DNA of 24,550 nucleotides from Perkinsus olseni (Eukaryota): NCBI GenBank assembly GCA_013115125.1, contig JABANN010000012.1, positions 124,001 to 148,550 of the forward strand, read 5' to 3'. Shown piece by piece: positions 21,734 to 24,550 of this stretch (position 1 is its first letter; each line of letters starts with the position of its first letter). The notes under the pieces were generated by a model. It saw only the letters and a program-made list of their open reading frames with translations, ran no database searches and was not told where the DNA came from. The position numbers and the translations under genes were made by a program.

Positions 21734-21961
21734 CCAGCAAGAGAGACGGGGCGATCCCCCCGAATATATACTCAAAGAGATAGGCAAAGAAGGGACAGTA
21801 TACAGTGGAACGATGGTCGGTGTGTGTCCTTAGACTGATCTTCGGGAATCCAACGGACACGTTCGATCTCATACGGGTAGAGTTGCATGTCCTACTAGGC
21901 CATCTTGCGTCACGCAGTCCACTGATGGACTCAGCGAAGAGCTTGAGAGAAGAAGTTTCAG

Positions 21962-22510
21962 TTGGGTGATGAAGCCAACGCGAGTGCTCTACCTAGCGGC
22001 GCGCTACAGTGGCGCCGCCGACGGATTGAGACCCAACTGAGTGAGAGCCTTTCAACGATTCGCTCGCTACTTCTGGGGGACTTGTGGATATTCAAGGTCC
22101 GTGAACGGTCTACGTTATTGACTAACTCGGCGTTAACCAAACTCATCCGCAACGTCAAAAGTTTCAACGCCCTGGCTCGAGGACGCTATTGTACCAACAT
22201 TCTCAACTTCAAGAACAATGGCTTCCACAAGCAAGACGAGGCCTCGTGTTTGCAAAGAAGTTATAAATCAGGATCGATACGACGAAAATCACTTACAGCA
22301 TTCCTGGACGGATACCTTCTGTACTCAGAGTTGCAAATATTCAGTAGCACTGGCAGTAGGCAGCTGCCGCAAATGGGATGTAGTTTAGGCGGACGAAGAC
22401 TAAAAATCAACCCCCTGGCAACAAGAATGGTGCAAGTGCTCACAATAGCTGCTCTAGCTGGCTTTGCCGCACTAGACTTCGTAAGATGCCCTGGTCGTCA
22501 AAAGTCATAG
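21962..22510 (+). other. Unassigned 182-codon ORF
   Basis: Open frame without an early ATG or recognisable motif. It may be a gene fragment or spurious. Confidence 0.15.
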
Positions 22511-22551
22511 ACGGTATAGCTGATGACTTGAACACGCATGGTGACGGGGCC

Positions 22552-23193
22552 TTAGCAACAACAAGGCTTGTTGGTCGCAGAACAGACTTTAGGATTGAGC
22601 CAATACTTGCAGTAACTCCCCTTGCGATACGAGTTACACATAGCATCGCCGGCCTTACAGTCACCTCCGCTGGTCGTGGTTGTCACGGTGGGGCAGGGCG
22701 TGGTCGGTCTTGTGGGGCAAGGCGTGGTAGTAGTGGGCGTGGGGGTGGTAGTGGGGATAGTATTTGAGCGGTAGATATCATACCCAGTGGTGGCAGTACG
22801 CACATGGAGGTACTGGTAGTCAGAATCGATAAAGCAGCCAGTGAGGAAAGTGTAGTCATAATAGCCGGTAGAGTCCATAACGACTTGGCGACACGGATCC
22901 TTCAGCGTCAAAGTGTACCTTGACGCGCCGCTGCTCTGAGCAAGTTCATATCCGCAGTCGTACTGGCCTTTTGGTAGGCGGCCCTTATATGCAGTTATAA
23001 ATACCCTACCGCCCTGCTGGCGGGTAAACCGGAAGCTCTCAATATCAGGCTCCCCACCGGAAGTAGAATGTAGAGTGTATGTCCTATCGATAGGCGATCC
23101 GAGGCCGCCAGAAGAATCCTCAGCGAGGAAAGTGTCAGAGTGGCGCTGTGCAGCCACGAGGATAACGCATAGACCAGTTAGACTTGGGTGCAT
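22552..23193 (-). CDS. Intronless secreted or surface protein: signal peptide, globular domain, Thr/Pro stalk, Cys-rich C-terminal module
   Basis: ATG 23193 gives MHPSLTGLCVILVAA (signal-peptide-like), a PTTTPTPTTTTPCPTRPTTPCPTVTTTT linker, and the tail CKAGDAMCNSYRKGSYCKYWLNPKVCSATNKPCCC*. Confidence 0.8.
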   Translation of the reverse strand: MHPSLTGLCVILVAAQRHSDTFLAEDSSGGLGSPIDRTYTLHSTSGGEPDIESFRFTRQQGGRVFITAYKGRLPKGQYDCGYELAQSSGASRYTLTLKDPCRQVVMDSTGYYDYTFLTGCFIDSDYQYLHVRTATTGYDIYRSNTIPTTTPTPTTTTPCPTRPTTPCPTVTTTTSGGDCKAGDAMCNSYRKGSYCKYWLNPKVCSATNKPCCC

Positions 23194-23463
23194 TGAGAGT
23201 AGCTGAAGTTCAAGTTGGAGGGTTCCGCTCGTGGGAATATCAGCTGCGGTTAAACCGCAGCGGTTTCTAAATTTACGACAGGTTTGCGCGGGTGAAACTT
23301 CCGGGAGTTGCTCCTTCAGAATGGGTTTCGCTGCCATTGGGAATGGGGGGGGGTGACCATAACATCCTATTTTGGACTATAGAACAACAGCTTGGGCGTG
23401 CCGGAGCGCGGCGACTCGGTAGCTGACCACGCCCATCATGCTCATGCGGAGGCCCTTGGTTAT

Positions 23464-23602
23464 CCGTTATTGTGCGGACCCATACCGTTATTGTGCGGAC
23501 CCATACCGTTATTGTGCGGACCCATACCGTCCTTGTGCGGACCCATACCGTCCTTGTGCGGACCCATACCGTCCTTGTGCGGACCCATACCGTTATTGTG
23601 CG
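23464..23602. repeat. 21-bp minisatellite, about 6.6 copies
   Basis: Unit CCGT(TA/CC)TTGTGCGGACCCATA: three TA copies, three CC copies, then a partial TA copy, with no spacers. Confidence 0.97.
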
Positions 23603-24224
23603 ACTCGCTGTCTGATATTATTGCATGCTCAGGCGTGCCGGACTATTTGAATGTCATTGTCAGACTGGGGATTTGTCATCGTCTATTGCCTGCTGATGAT
23701 GAGCACATCACCTTTTTTCAACTCACGATCGCGATCGCCAATTATAGTGGCGACAATTCACCCACTGCCTAGTGTTGCCATCCAAGTTGCTGTTCCAGTT
23801 GGTAGACCTTTCTTAGACTCACAGCATAGCGAGGTCTCGAAGAATACCTTGTGTCCCACCAAACGCCTCTTACTCCTCCGGGAGGAGTCCTCCCTAGTCC
23901 AATTTGGTTGAGTGCAGACCCGGTACTGGTAATGGAGAGCTATCGGAAGACCCAACTATCATTCCTGGGGCCGTGCTTGCTCCAATGGCAACCCGTGAGG
24001 CAACCCTGCATAGCCTCCGACGCTCGGCTCGAGGAAGGGATGGTGAACATCGGTTGGTAGAGTGTAGCATTGCAAAGGTAAGCTCGATTTGGACCGGATG
24101 CGTATGGTGGACGGGGAGTGTGCATGGAAAGCATTGAAGCGAGCTTCAATGACCATAGGCAGGGCGGTCCTTCAAGTTATGGACCGTCTCCACGGTCATG
24201 GACATGGCGGACCCACAGTTATGG

Positions 24225-24263
24225 TCCTTCAAGTTCCTCTGCGACGCAGAGGAACTTGAAGGA
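24225..24263. repeat. Perfect palindrome, 19-bp arms with a 1-nt spacer
   Basis: TCCTTCAAGTTCCTCTGCG-A-CGCAGAGGAACTTGAAGGA. Confidence 0.97.
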
Positions 24264-24550
24264 TCCGAAAGGGTTCAGGCGCAGAGCATAGGAAGCTCTT
24301 GCAAAAGAATGATTCCTCCCATATTGTTGGGTCAACCGAGGGAGATTTGGATAAAGTTCCGGATAAGGACAGTACTCTGCCCGAGCCCCGTATCCCTCCA
24401 GGAGCCATCATGCTCGGCCATCAATGCGAGCGGGACAGTGACTGTCCGACAGTCAGTGCTGCCTGATAGGCAGTGCCTTGTAGTCGTCTCTCCTCAGTTC
24501 TAACTTCGGAACTCGACATAGGGAGTCGGGAGGCCAAGTAAAGAGGGGCC

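Noticed and set aside
23194-23337. 48-codon N-terminal extension in the ORF track for the secreted protein
   Set aside because: The ATG at 23193 places the signal-like peptide at the N-terminus. The upstream part looks like UTR and contains a palindrome.
23464-23602. CRISPR-like array
   Set aside because: The repeats are contiguous with no unique spacers, the context is eukaryotic, and there are no cas genes. It is a minisatellite.
23851-24060. IASDARLEEGMVNIGW resembling a retroelement RNase H motif
   Set aside because: The similarity is too short, the frame closes immediately, and no RT or recombinase motifs are nearby.

Overview
Gene-dense eukaryotic DNA with many very short (about 40-60 nt) GT-AG introns. 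The most likely source is a Perkinsus-like alveolate; this is inferred from gene architecture and a Cys-rich secreted-protein module, not from a search. Most ORF-track entries are exon fragments or antisense shadows, so genes were spliced by hand. Left to right: (1) a head-to-tail array of at least five divergent minus-strand paralogs (<1-5919), each with an Arg-rich mitochondrial-presequence-like N-terminus and two tandem SpoVS-like (Alba-fold) domains, with conserved intron positions; this is the main candidate for an undescribed system. (2) Two tandem LPCAT/PlsC-type acyltransferase paralogs sharing a 196-bp near-identical tract. (3) GPN1 GTPase. (4) A divergently transcribed KUP/HAK/KT K+ transporter. 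(5) NOP16. (6) A hypothetical low-complexity protein. (7) A 401-bp hAT-type MITE with 13-bp TIRs and a perfect 8-bp TSD. (8) An intronless secreted protein with a Thr/Pro stalk and Cys-rich tail. (9) A 21-bp minisatellite and a palindrome cluster at the right edge. Several atypically long introns contain sense-strand foldback structure; one has an RNase MRP/P-like topology.
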